A stretch of 64,000 nucleotides of DNA from Myxococcota bacterium (lineage in GTDB: Bacteria > Myxococcota_A > SURF-8): positions 2,944,001-3,008,000 of the forward strand of contig OZ223209.1 of the NCBI GenBank assembly GCA_965140415.1, written 5' to 3'. A program made the translations under genes and the position numbers. Under the pieces are notes generated by a model. The model ran no database searches. It worked only from the letters and a program-made list of their open reading frames with translations, and was not told the origin of the DNA. Shown here one piece after another: positions 9,281-19,600 of this stretch (position 1 is the first letter of the stretch; each line of letters begins with the position of its first letter).

Positions 9281-10402
9281 ATGAAAACGGAGCATCACAT
9301 CTTCATTTGTACCGGTGACTTGTCCGGTGACCGCTTGGGCGCTATCGCCATGGAACAACTCGAAAACCTGGGGCAGCTCCATCACAATAGTTTTCGATAT
9401 TCCGGCATGGGTGGCCAGTTGATGTGCAGAGTTGCTCCCGGATTGATGGACCAACAGCATGTACAAGCGGCGGGCTTAATGGAATTATTGCCGCAGGTGG
9501 GAAGAATTCTAAAGGGCTATCGGCGCTTGCAAGCCGTTTTTCGTAACGATCCACCGGATCTGGCGATTCTAATCGATTTCCCCGATTTCAATCTCCGGCT
9601 TGCCAGGTCGTTGAAACGAAAAGGTGTTCCCGTTCTCTATTATGGCGCTCCACAAGCCTGGGCTTGGCGTGAAGGTCGCGCGAGTCGCATGAAGAATGCG
9701 GTAGACAAGCTAGCGGTGCTGTTTCCATTTGAAGAAAGCTGGTTTCGACAACGAGGAATTTCCACGGCCTACGTCGCTCATCCGCTTGCGAAACGCATTC
9801 CATGGCGACCGGCAAAAAAACAGGTCGATAAAAACGTTCGTATCGGGCTTTATCCCGGTAGCCGCACACATGAAATCGAGGCTATTTTCCCGATACAGCT
9901 ACAGGCTGCGAAAACGCTGCGCATCATTTCTTCTCGAAAAATCGAATTCGCCGTCGTCGCTGCAAAGGGGCGGGAAAAAGCATTACAAGCTATGCTGCAA
10001 CGCGCGGATATCGATTGTGAACTTTTACATGAAACGCAAGCCTTCGATCTGGCATGGTGTGCCGCCGGCACGGCCAGCCTGGAATTGACTTTGCGAGGGA
10101 TTCCCTGGATCTTGACGCATCGGGTTCATCCGCTAAGTTATCGACTGGCCAGCAGAATGATTCGTACTCCCGATCTGGGAATGGCCCACATTCTGTTGAA
10201 GCGTCGAGTCGCCCCGGAGTTGGTGCAGCAGTCATGCAATGCAACGAATATTGCCCGGCACAGTCATGACTTGTTGGAGGATGCAAGGAAGAGGGAGGAG
10301 ATCATCGCTTGTTGGAAGCAGGTTCGAGAGATGCTTTCTGAAACACCGCAAACGCATTCGGTTGCCTCTCTTGCATTTGACATGCTGGGAATTGATAAGT
10401 AA
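9281..10402 (+). CDS. lpxB: Lipid-A-disaccharide synthase
   Basis: TGDLSGD, IDFPDFN, YGAPQAWAWR, LFPFE, PGSR, GTASLE, PELVQ. Confidence 0.93.
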   Translation: MKTEHHIFICTGDLSGDRLGAIAMEQLENLGQLHHNSFRYSGMGGQLMCRVAPGLMDQQHVQAAGLMELLPQVGRILKGYRRLQAVFRNDPPDLAILIDFPDFNLRLARSLKRKGVPVLYYGAPQAWAWREGRASRMKNAVDKLAVLFPFEESWFRQRGISTAYVAHPLAKRIPWRPAKKQVDKNVRIGLYPGSRTHEIEAIFPIQLQAAKTLRIISSRKIEFAVVAAKGREKALQAMLQRADIDCELLHETQAFDLAWCAAGTASLELTLRGIPWILTHRVHPLSYRLASRMIRTPDLGMAHILLKRRVAPELVQQSCNATNIARHSHDLLEDARKREEIIACWKQVREMLSETPQTHSVASLAFDMLGIDK

Positions 10403-10431
10403 ATCTTTTTGGAAAAGGTGCGTACATAAAG

Positions 10432-10875
10432 ATGGCAGTAGAAAACACAAAGAAGAGAATCATATCGATTTTACTGGTTATTCTGGTTGTTGCCGTTTTA
10501 CTTGGTCTTTGGTTTGGACCGAGTCTTGTCAATGAGCCAGGTATCGATTCTTCCGAAACGGTTTCCGGAACGGAATTTAAAGAACGGGAAGAAATCCGAT
10601 ATGTAATTGAAGTGCAATGCTCCATGCTCGAACGCTGTGAAAAGCGCCTGGCGCGTTCCATTCAAAAGTTACAAATCATTGAAAAAGGCAAGAACGATCA
10701 GGCACACTCGGTGCGATTCGAACTGGATGTTCCGAGAATGCACTATCTTGAATTTGTTCAGAATATTCAACAGCTTGGCAAGCTGTCTCTTAAACGAGAA
10801 CGCTATCTGACGAAAGACCCTTCCGATTTGCCTGTGCCATTTGTGCTGACTCTTTCGGAGTCTAGAAAACCTTAG
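10432..10875 (+). CDS. Hypothetical membrane-anchored protein
   Basis: Basic N-terminus plus hydrophobic helix then a small soluble domain; 29 nt downstream of lpxB on the same strand. Confidence 0.65.
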   Translation: MAVENTKKRIISILLVILVVAVLLGLWFGPSLVNEPGIDSSETVSGTEFKEREEIRYVIEVQCSMLERCEKRLARSIQKLQIIEKGKNDQAHSVRFELDVPRMHYLEFVQNIQQLGKLSLKRERYLTKDPSDLPVPFVLTLSESRKP

Positions 10876-11014
10876 CTTTCGCAAAAACAATCATTTCAAA
10901 AGTCGGTCCAAAGTCTCGCCGTATGGCATTTTGGGGCATCGGAGGGAGAAGTTTGCCTGAGCGAACCTGCTCAAGGTTGGATATTGGAAAGCAAGAATGA
11001 GAAAAAAGCCTTTA

Positions 11015-11178
11015 GGCTACCTCTAAAAATCCATATTCTGCTACGAACGCCACTTTTCGGCCCGGATCGTTTCTCTCAATCCTCGACGTATCTACAGGAT
11101 ATGCCTGCGGATTGCGAAAAACTCCCGGTCTCGCAAAGGATGCGTTCTCGCGACGAATAACTATTTATAGAGGCAGCC
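11015..11178. mobile_element. 164-bp non-autonomous fold-back element (MITE) with terminal inverted repeats and 4-bp TTTA target duplication
   Basis: Left end ggctacctctaaaaat versus reverse complement of right end ggctgcctctataaat (14/16); TTTA at 11011-11014 and 11179-11182; interior is a long imperfect palindrome. Confidence 0.75.
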
Positions 11179-11211
11179 TTTAAACAAAAAGAAATGCTAA
11201 CGTACGCATGC

Positions 11212-11240
11212 TTGACAGAACGTGGTCCTCAATACATAAT
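11212..11240 (+). promoter_or_regulatory. Sigma-70-type promoter upstream of the giant surface-protein genes
   Basis: TTGACA-N17-CATAAT. Confidence 0.6.
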
Positions 11241-11321
11241 GAAGTATAGGACTTGTCACATTAAACAACTCTGAATGATCGTCATAATTACTAGCCCCCT
11301 TGGTTGTGGAGGTTTATTACC

Positions 11322-14300
11322 ATGGTAGCCGTAGTCGTTTCTAACCGGTATCCAAGGCTTCTGTTTTCGATTCTCTTTTTACTTACAATCATTTCACTAT
11401 CAATATCCTGTGATGATTCAGGCGGAACGACATCCCCCGATGGGGATGTATACGAGCAGGAAAATGATGCGAGTTTGATTCCATGCCGATTTGACAGTGA
11501 ATGTCCGGAAGGAATGGTGTGCGGATCGAACGGTTGCGTACCATCCGGAGACAATCCTTGTTTGAATAGTGGAGAATGCGCACTGGATGAGGATTGCGCT
11601 TCCGGGTTCTATTGCAATGAGGTTTGTGTCTGCGCATCATATGATCTGCCGGATATCGATTCTACAGATGGTGATCTCGATATCGATAGCGCGGACAAAC
11701 CGTCGGATGAATGCGAGGCCGGTCCTCAGATCTCCGCAGAAACCGTACTCGATTTCGGGTATGTGCAGTTCGATACCGATGCCATGCAGACGCTGCACAT
11801 CATCAACCTCTGTCCCGGCAAAACGACACTGAACATTACCGCCGCAGAGATCGTTTCGACCAGTTCCGAGTTTCGCATTCTCTCCCCGCCGACGTATCCC
11901 GTCGCTCTTTCATCTGAAGAAGATATTCTGGAACTTCAGGTCGTATACCATCCTGTGAACATCGGTATCGATGAAGGCGAACTGGTGATCAGTTCCAACG
12001 ATCCGGATGGCGTATTCCGAGTGAACTTGACCACCCGCTACAAGGGAACGGTGGATATCGACGTAACACCGAATCCACTCGATTTTCACACGGTGGTGGT
12101 TGGTGCTACAGCCGAAGAGCGTACCTTGTCGATTGAAAACCTGATGGCCGGGGATGATGACAATGCCATCTTGCGCATCAACGACATCTACCTTGAATCC
12201 GGTCAAAGCAGCACCTTCGAGTTGTCGGGACTGACTTTCCCGATGTACGTTGGAAAAGGTCAGGCCAAGGAAGTGACCGTGAAATGTCATCCGGTCGATG
12301 CATTGGAATTCACGGATACGATCGTGTTTGAAAGTAACGATTCGGATGAAGCCAGCTATTCCGTGCCGGTGCGCTGCGAAGGCGTTCGGCCTTTGCTGTC
12401 GGTAGAGACGCTGGAGGAAGGGAACCGGCTCGATTTCCTGACGCAACGGATCGATGTGCCGACCAGCATCACGTTGCATCTTCGAAATGACGGAGGCGGA
12501 ACGTTAACCATCGAGGAACCCGCCTTAACTGCGGAAAGTTCGGACACATTCAGCCTGGATACGACAGCCTTTGGAGGAAACGCCGTCAATTTGGATGCCG
12601 GGCAGTCCGTTGATCTGCCGGTGCAATACGTTTCTTCTACAGAAGGTTCTCACAGTGGACAGATCCGCATCGACAATACCGGCTTCGGTACCGAAGTCTT
12701 TCTGGTAAACCTGGCTGGAGCAGCCGCTCCCGCTTCGATTTCCAGCGATCCCAATCCGATCGATTTCGATTCGGTGGTCGTCGCCCAGCAGTTGACCATT
12801 CCTGTAACATTGACCAATGACGGGGAGGTCGCCGTTAGTCTAAGCAGCATTTCCTTCTTGAATGGAACGTCGGTGTTGTCTTTCGCCGATACCGATGTGC
12901 TTGAAGATGTGCTGCTGGAGCCGACTGAAACGCATCAGATTTCCATTACGTTTGCACCGGATCAACGGGGCACCTTCAATAACATGCTGCATCTCGTTAC
13001 CGATGACGTCGTTACCACCGAGGTGGATGTTCCCATCAATGCTTTTGGAATTGCACCGGTTCTGGAAGTGACCGAACGCGACAATGCAAACTTCGAAGGG
13101 GAAATTGATTTCGGCGAGGTTCGTCTGAATCACCAGGGCGAGCGTATTCTGGATATCAAGAATGTGGGCGATGCCTCGATGATGATTTCCGGCATCGAAT
13201 TGACGGACAATACGCAGGAAGAAGAATTTTCGTTTGAAAATACGGGGCTGGTAGAAATTCCTGCCGGACAGAAAGTGGGATTGACTTTGCGCTACAGTCC
13301 TGTTCTGGTGCCTGGCCAAGATGCCGGTTTATTGACGATTACCTCCAGCGATCCGATTACGCCGCAGGCGACAGTCGGATTGAAAGGTGTGGCCACCGAT
13401 CAAAGGTTGTTGCTCAATCCGATCAGTCCGATGGAGTTTGCCGACACGTATTTCGGCGCCAGCGATACCCGCACCTTGCATTTGCAGAACGGTGGAATTT
13501 TAGGCGTTTTGACCGTCACTGCCGCTACATTGCAAAGTGGGGATGGTGTGTTTTCCTTAGATGAAAATGCGCTTGGGTTATTACCGGCGATTCTCTTGCC
13601 GAATCAGGGGAACACGTTTTCATTGCCGATTACATTCCTTCCTCCCGCTGCGGATTCCGCATTGGGGGAATTGACGCCGTATGCAGGCAGCATGATTCTG
13701 CAAAGCGATTCGTACACTTCCGAAAGCAGCCAGTATGATCTGGCCGGAAACGGCAAACCCTGTCCGGAGGGATGCTGGGACAACGACGACGATCCCTCCG
13801 TTTGCGAGTATTGCGGTTGCTACCTTAGCAATGATGGTGTCGAAATTTGTGACGATATCGATAACGATTGCGATTCGCAGACGGATGAGGGGGATACGGT
13901 TACGAGCAATTGCAACCCACCCGAGAATGCCGCGGCTATTTGTGTGAACGGTTTGTGTGATTTCAACTGCAATCGCAATTTCCATCGTTGTGACGATGAA
14001 TGTGTCTTCGATCAAGACCCCGACCACTGCGGGGGGATGTGCACCGCCTGTTATGAGCCGGACAATGCAACGGCAGATTGTGAATTGATCGAAGGCAGCC
14101 TGACATGCACCTATGAGTGCAACGACGGATTTGTCGAAAATGAACTGGGGGTCTGCGTCTTGGTAGGATCTCCCGATTGCTGTGGCGAGGACTGCATCGA
14201 TTGCGGTGACAATCCGACGAATGGCTCATGGGCCTGTGAAGGCGGCGGCTGCATGTTGTACTGTCAGACGGGTTTCCATGTTTGCTTCCTGGATGAATGT

Positions 14301-16448
14301 GTTGCGAACAACGATGTCGATCACTGTGGAACACGCTGCACAGCCTGCCAGGAACCTTCCAATCCTCTAACGGGAACGGCAACTTGTGATGGCAGCAATT
14401 GCGGTTTGAATTGCTACCCGGGTTACTATGAAACCAGTGGTGACTGCGCCTTGTGCGATTCGGTTCAGCATTGTGGCCAAAGCTGCTCGCCTTGTCCTTC
14501 GGCTCCACCCAATGGTGGGTACAATTGCACGGAGGAGAGTGTAGGATCCGGTTACTTCTGTGACCTGGAATGTTCAACCGGTTATTATGAAAACATCGGG
14601 CTTTGCTATCGTTGCGATACAACAACAAACTGTGGCAATGCGTGTGAAGCCTGTCCCGCCGCTCCGGCACATGGATCGATGAACTGTGTTGAAGATAGTG
14701 GGAGTTTTGTATGTGAAGCGGGGTGTTCCTCTGGCTACATCTTAAGTGGGGATGTCTGTGTTCCGGCAAACACCAATGAGTGCTGTGGTGCAGGATGTGA
14801 CGACTGCACGGAAGGTATCGAGCCTGCCGATCACATTCACGGTTTTTGCGAGGAAGTCGCAACCGATATCTACCAATGCGCCTATGAGTGCAATGAGGAC
14901 TATTGGGATCTGGACGACGATCCCAGTGTTTGCGAATATCCCTGTGTTTTCCAAAGTGAAGAAGATGCTTATGGTGACGGACTGGACACCAACTGTGATG
15001 GCGTGGATGGTCTTTACGACAGAATCATCTATGTTGCGCAGGGGTACAACGGAAGCGGCAGTCGTACCGACCCCAAAGGAACGATCACATCCGCGCTCAA
15101 TCTGGCCACTGCCGGAAGCATGATCTGGGTCAGCGAAGGAAGTTATACTGGGAAAATCAGCTTGAAATCCGGAGTACACATCATTGGTGGATTCCGGATG
15201 ACCTCCGATTGGGCGCAGGGTGGTTTCGACGTGACCGTACAGGCGAATACAATCGAAGGTGCGGATAATCGCCAGATCGGAATTCAGGCACAAAACATCA
15301 GTTCATCCACGATCGTACAGAATTTGAATGTGACGGTGGCCAATAATACCGCAACGGCTGGGAGTAACTACGGAATCTGGATGAAAAATTGCAGTTCGGC
15401 GCTGGAATTTCGCAATGTGTTCGTGCAGACCGGAACCGCAGGAAACGGTGCCAATGGAACTGCGGGTTCCAACGGAGCCGGGCGCTCCGGTTCTAGTTGG
15501 ACGTCAAGTGAGGCGATCAACGGAAAGCGCGGAGAGGAAGGTTGCGAAAACAGTGGCGGTGCACTTTGCGATACCTGTGACCCTCCGGTGGTCGGAGCAG
15601 GGGGGACGAGCCCCTGCAACGCTCATGGTGGAGCAGGCGGCGCATCGGGAAGTGGTGAAGATAGCGCGGGTAGCAATGGCGCATCAGGCAAATCTCCCTA
15701 TGGCAACAATGTCACGCAGGGTGGTTCTGGTGGTGCTGCCTTTGATTGTCCGACAATCGGCACCGATGAATGCGAAGGTTGCGACGAATGTGAAGAAACC
15801 AACGGTGGAGACGGCTACAATGGTGCGAATGGTGCAAGCGGCTCCGCTGGTTCCGCCGGTTCCGGTGTTGGTACGCGCAATGGAGATTATTGGGCTCCGA
15901 CATGGTCTGCCGGTTCCGGTAGTCCCGGATTGGGCGGTAACGGAGGCGGCGGCGCTGGTGGTGGTTCGGGCGGTTGCTATTCCTGCGACAGTCGCGGTTC
16001 TGCCGGTAGTGGCGGCGGTGGCGGCGGTTGCGGTGGAGCAGGTGGCAGTGGCGCACAAAGCGGAGGCGCGAGCTTTGGTCTGTTTGCAATCGATTCGGAC
16101 CCGGTATTTGTCGGTGGCAGTATCATTGCCGGTTCTGGCGGCTCCGGTGGTCAAGGCGGCGCAGGCGGTCAAGGTGGCCAAGGTGGCTTAGGCGCTCCCG
16201 ATCCTCCTTATGGGGGAACCGGAGAGCAGGATGACGGCGGTTGCGGCGGATCGGGTGGCGATGGCGGCGACGGCGGCACCGGCGGTAGCGGTGGTGGTGG
16301 CGGCGGCGGTCCTTCTTTCGCCGTGTATACCTACGATGGCAGTTCTCCCTCTTTCGATGAAACCATCCTGGACTATTTAGGAGGTGGAAGCGGAGGCAGC
16401 GGAGGAAATACAGGAGCATCCGGTCCGGAAGGACTTTATGGTCCCTGA
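11322..16448 (+). CDS. Giant surface lipoprotein/adhesin-like protein: six ASH/choice-of-anchor-D-like Ig domains, six Cys-rich repeats, DUF1565-like region, Gly-rich PGRS-like tail
   Basis: GGAGGT RBS before ATG 11322; lipobox-like LSISC; repeated [LI]DFG..V/N.G...L.I/SND motifs; EICDDIDNDCD and DTNCDGVDG motifs; GGxGG tail. Confidence 0.8.
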   Translation: MVAVVVSNRYPRLLFSILFLLTIISLSISCDDSGGTTSPDGDVYEQENDASLIPCRFDSECPEGMVCGSNGCVPSGDNPCLNSGECALDEDCASGFYCNEVCVCASYDLPDIDSTDGDLDIDSADKPSDECEAGPQISAETVLDFGYVQFDTDAMQTLHIINLCPGKTTLNITAAEIVSTSSEFRILSPPTYPVALSSEEDILELQVVYHPVNIGIDEGELVISSNDPDGVFRVNLTTRYKGTVDIDVTPNPLDFHTVVVGATAEERTLSIENLMAGDDDNAILRINDIYLESGQSSTFELSGLTFPMYVGKGQAKEVTVKCHPVDALEFTDTIVFESNDSDEASYSVPVRCEGVRPLLSVETLEEGNRLDFLTQRIDVPTSITLHLRNDGGGTLTIEEPALTAESSDTFSLDTTAFGGNAVNLDAGQSVDLPVQYVSSTEGSHSGQIRIDNTGFGTEVFLVNLAGAAAPASISSDPNPIDFDSVVVAQQLTIPVTLTNDGEVAVSLSSISFLNGTSVLSFADTDVLEDVLLEPTETHQISITFAPDQRGTFNNMLHLVTDDVVTTEVDVPINAFGIAPVLEVTERDNANFEGEIDFGEVRLNHQGERILDIKNVGDASMMISGIELTDNTQEEEFSFENTGLVEIPAGQKVGLTLRYSPVLVPGQDAGLLTITSSDPITPQATVGLKGVATDQRLLLNPISPMEFADTYFGASDTRTLHLQNGGILGVLTVTAATLQSGDGVFSLDENALGLLPAILLPNQGNTFSLPITFLPPAADSALGELTPYAGSMILQSDSYTSESSQYDLAGNGKPCPEGCWDNDDDPSVCEYCGCYLSNDGVEICDDIDNDCDSQTDEGDTVTSNCNPPENAAAICVNGLCDFNCNRNFHRCDDECVFDQDPDHCGGMCTACYEPDNATADCELIEGSLTCTYECNDGFVENELGVCVLVGSPDCCGEDCIDCGDNPTNGSWACEGGGCMLYCQTGFHVCFLDECVANNDVDHCGTRCTACQEPSNPLTGTATCDGSNCGLNCYPGYYETSGDCALCDSVQHCGQSCSPCPSAPPNGGYNCTEESVGSGYFCDLECSTGYYENIGLCYRCDTTTNCGNACEACPAAPAHGSMNCVEDSGSFVCEAGCSSGYILSGDVCVPANTNECCGAGCDDCTEGIEPADHIHGFCEEVATDIYQCAYECNEDYWDLDDDPSVCEYPCVFQSEEDAYGDGLDTNCDGVDGLYDRIIYVAQGYNGSGSRTDPKGTITSALNLATAGSMIWVSEGSYTGKISLKSGVHIIGGFRMTSDWAQGGFDVTVQANTIEGADNRQIGIQAQNISSSTIVQNLNVTVANNTATAGSNYGIWMKNCSSALEFRNVFVQTGTAGNGANGTAGSNGAGRSGSSWTSSEAINGKRGEEGCENSGGALCDTCDPPVVGAGGTSPCNAHGGAGGASGSGEDSAGSNGASGKSPYGNNVTQGGSGGAAFDCPTIGTDECEGCDECEETNGGDGYNGANGASGSAGSAGSGVGTRNGDYWAPTWSAGSGSPGLGGNGGGGAGGGSGGCYSCDSRGSAGSGGGGGGCGGAGGSGAQSGGASFGLFAIDSDPVFVGGSIIAGSGGSGGQGGAGGQGGQGGLGAPDPPYGGTGEQDDGGCGGSGGDGGDGGTGGSGGGGGGGPSFAVYTYDGSSPSFDETILDYLGGGSGGSGGNTGASGPEGLYGP

Positions 16449-16455
16449 CGTTTTT

Positions 16456-16485
16456 TCAGGCCCTGCACTTGCTTGCAGGGCCTGA
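16456..16485. terminator. Perfect 12-bp hairpin between the two giant genes (terminator or mRNA stabiliser)
   Basis: tcaggccctgca-cttgct-tgcagggcctga; only a weak U-tract follows. Confidence 0.55.
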
Positions 16486-16607
16486 GTTCGTTATAGATGA
16501 TGTAAGTTGCTGTATAAAACGAAGATCGATTAAAAGTTGACTTTCTCCTTATTAAAAGATGCGATCAGGATTGACTCGCTCATCCTGATAACCGGTAGAG
16601 GTGTGAG

Positions 16608-19600
16608 ATGAAACCGAACCCTGTGAAAAAGAGTCTTCAGTCGTTAATATACGTACTGATCCTGGTCTCACTATTTGTGCTGATTGCCTGCTCATCAGAC
16701 AGTCCAGGTGCGAGCGATGGGGATTCTACGGATGGAGACTCGGACAGCGACGCTCCTGTGGGATGCTCGGATGACTCCGATTGTCGTAAAAGCGAGGTGT
16801 GCTTGTCTGGAGCTTGTGTGTCCTGGCAGGATAACTCCTGTTTGGATCGTAACGGCGAGTGTGTTTCCGACTCGGATTGTTCGGGGGATAATATCTGTAA
16901 TGACGACTGCGTATGTGTCAATCCATTTATTGCGGATGAGGACAAGGAAAATCCAAGTACTGATGGCGACACGGATGACCCTGTTACCGATGGAGATGTT
17001 GAAAATTCAACGGATGATCCCAATATTTCCGTCCCTGCTGAAATCGATTTTGGCGCAGTCATCATTTTCCATGAAATTACAGAAGGTTTGCGTATTACAA
17101 ATACCGGAGGTTCCGCTTTAATTATTACGGCAATTGAACTTGAAAATACAAATGACGAGGAATTCTCGCTGGTTACTCCTCCGACATCCAGTGTGACCTT
17201 GCAGCCGGGAGATATTTTAGATCAATTCATTACCTATTCTCCGATCGATGCCGGTGTCGATGAAACCAATGTGTTGATTACCAGTAACGATCCTGATAGT
17301 CCGCTTTCTCGCGTTCGCCTGATCAGTCAATACAAAGGCGAGGCGACGGTTCATATCGATCCTGAAAGCGTGGAGTTTGGAAACGTGCAGGTGATGGGAG
17401 TGGAAGAAACCATTGCCGTAACCATTGAAAATGTTCCCCAGAACGTAGACGACAACATGCTGCTGCATCTTTGGGATCTTCAATTGCAAAACCCAAACGA
17501 TCCGAATATTTCCATTCCCGTCGAAGTGCAGAACCAGGAATATTGGCTGGCTCCCAATCAGCAATTGACGGTGCTTGTTTCTTTCCATCCAAGGCTGGCG
17601 GGTAGTTTTTCCAATACGCTTCTCATTCCCAATAGCGATCAGGAAGCTCAGGTCGAGATACACGGCACTGGTGCGATTGCCGATTTGAATGCGTATCCTC
17701 TTGATAACGGGGGCATCGATTTCGGGCAGGTGCGCGTCTCTCACAGCGAAGACCACGTGCTGACACTGCAAAACAATGGCGGTTCACCGCTTACGATTAC
17801 CCAGGTTTATCTGGCGGATACCACCGACAGTACTTTCCTGCTCGACGACAACGGCATCAATCTTTCCGGCGCAGTCTTGGAGCCGGAGGGAAGTACGACG
17901 ATCACTTTGACCTATTCGCCGGTGGCGAGAGAGGTGAATGTCGGACGGCTGAAAATCGAAAGCGACAGCTACGACAATCCGGTGCTTACCATTCCACTAG
18001 AAGGCGAGGGGATTGTTTCGCTACTTGTAGCCGACCCGGAAGAACTCGAATTCGGGAATGTGCTGCTTTATGAGGAATCAAGCTTAAATGTAACTTTGAC
18101 CAACGATGGGGATGCCGCCATCCAGATTCAGGCTGCCGCCTTTGAAACCGGCAATCCTGATTTTACATTTGGCGCAGGTGGCGAAGCGCTGGTAGGAACC
18201 AGTTTGGGACCGGGAGATTATTTTGTACTTCCGATAGTGTATTCGCCGCAAGTGGAAGAACTGGATGAAAGCTATTTGACGATTACCACAGACGACCCGG
18301 ATTCACCTGAATTCACTCTCAATTTGTCCGGTCGTGGCGTTGCGCCGCATTTATTGATTACGATGCCCGGTTATCCTTCGTTCCGCGACACCATCGATTT
18401 CGAACAGGTCAACTTGGACGATCAGCGACAAATGGTGCTGCGACTGACAAACGTTGGCGATTGGCCCTTGGCGATCAATGATGCGTCACTGATCGACAAT
18501 ACCGATGACGATGAATTCAGTTTTGAACTGGAGAGCTATGCCGATATCGAACCCAGTTCTCACATCGACGTCACGTTCACTTATGCTCCTACAGGGTTTC
18601 CCGACACGAATGATAATGGTCAGTGGCGTGTGCAAACCAATGAATTCGTTGACAATTCACACATTGTGAATTTGCAGGGTGAAGCTATTCAGCCGCGCAT
18701 TACCGTGTTTCCGTCGCCACTCCAATTCGACGATACGCTGACAAACTCTACGGTCACGGAACGAGTGACGATTCTGAATACGGGTCTATTGGGCGTGCTG
18801 AATGTTTCCGGCATTCAAATTCAACCCGGCTCCGATCCGGTGTTTGGAATTGCAAATGTCGATGAGGTTCTGCCTGTGGATATCATTGAAGGAGGAAGTT
18901 TGTCTTTCGATGTCAGCTTCCGGCCTTTCGATTTGCACGACTATACCGGTGCCGTTGTCATTGAAAGCCAGGAAACCCATGAGGTGATTTACACCTTGCA
19001 GGTACTGGGCAGCGGAATCGGTTGTCCTGCGGACTATTGGGATAACGACAACAACCCGGAAAACGGCTGCGAGTATCACTGTGTGCTTTCCGAAGATGGT
19101 ATCGAGATTTGTGATGACAAGGACAACGATTGTAACGGTGAAACCGATGACGGGTACACGGTCACGCAAAATTGTGACCCGCACAGCTTTGCCTCCGTTC
19201 GCTGCCTGGGTGGTGAATGTCTCTATACCTGCTTCGAAGATTTCCATGAATGCAATGAGGAGTGCGTTTATTCCGGCTCCATCGATCATTGTGGCACATT
19301 GTGTACGTCCTGTCCCCAACCCGAAAATTCGTCGGCTCGCTGTATTGAAGGCGGATTAGGTTTCGAATGCGATTTCGTCTGTGCCACCGGCTATGGCGAG
19401 GCAAACGGGCAGTGTTTGCCGTCTGGCGATATCAATAGTTGCGGCGACGAACACGTGGATTGCAATACGGTTACTCCTTCGCATGGCATTCCGTTGTGTG
19501 TGGATGGAGAATGCACGTTCACCTGCGAAAGCGGCTGGCATCGCTGCGAGGATGAGTGTGTGGCAAATAACTCCGTGGAGCACTGTGGTACCTTATGCGA

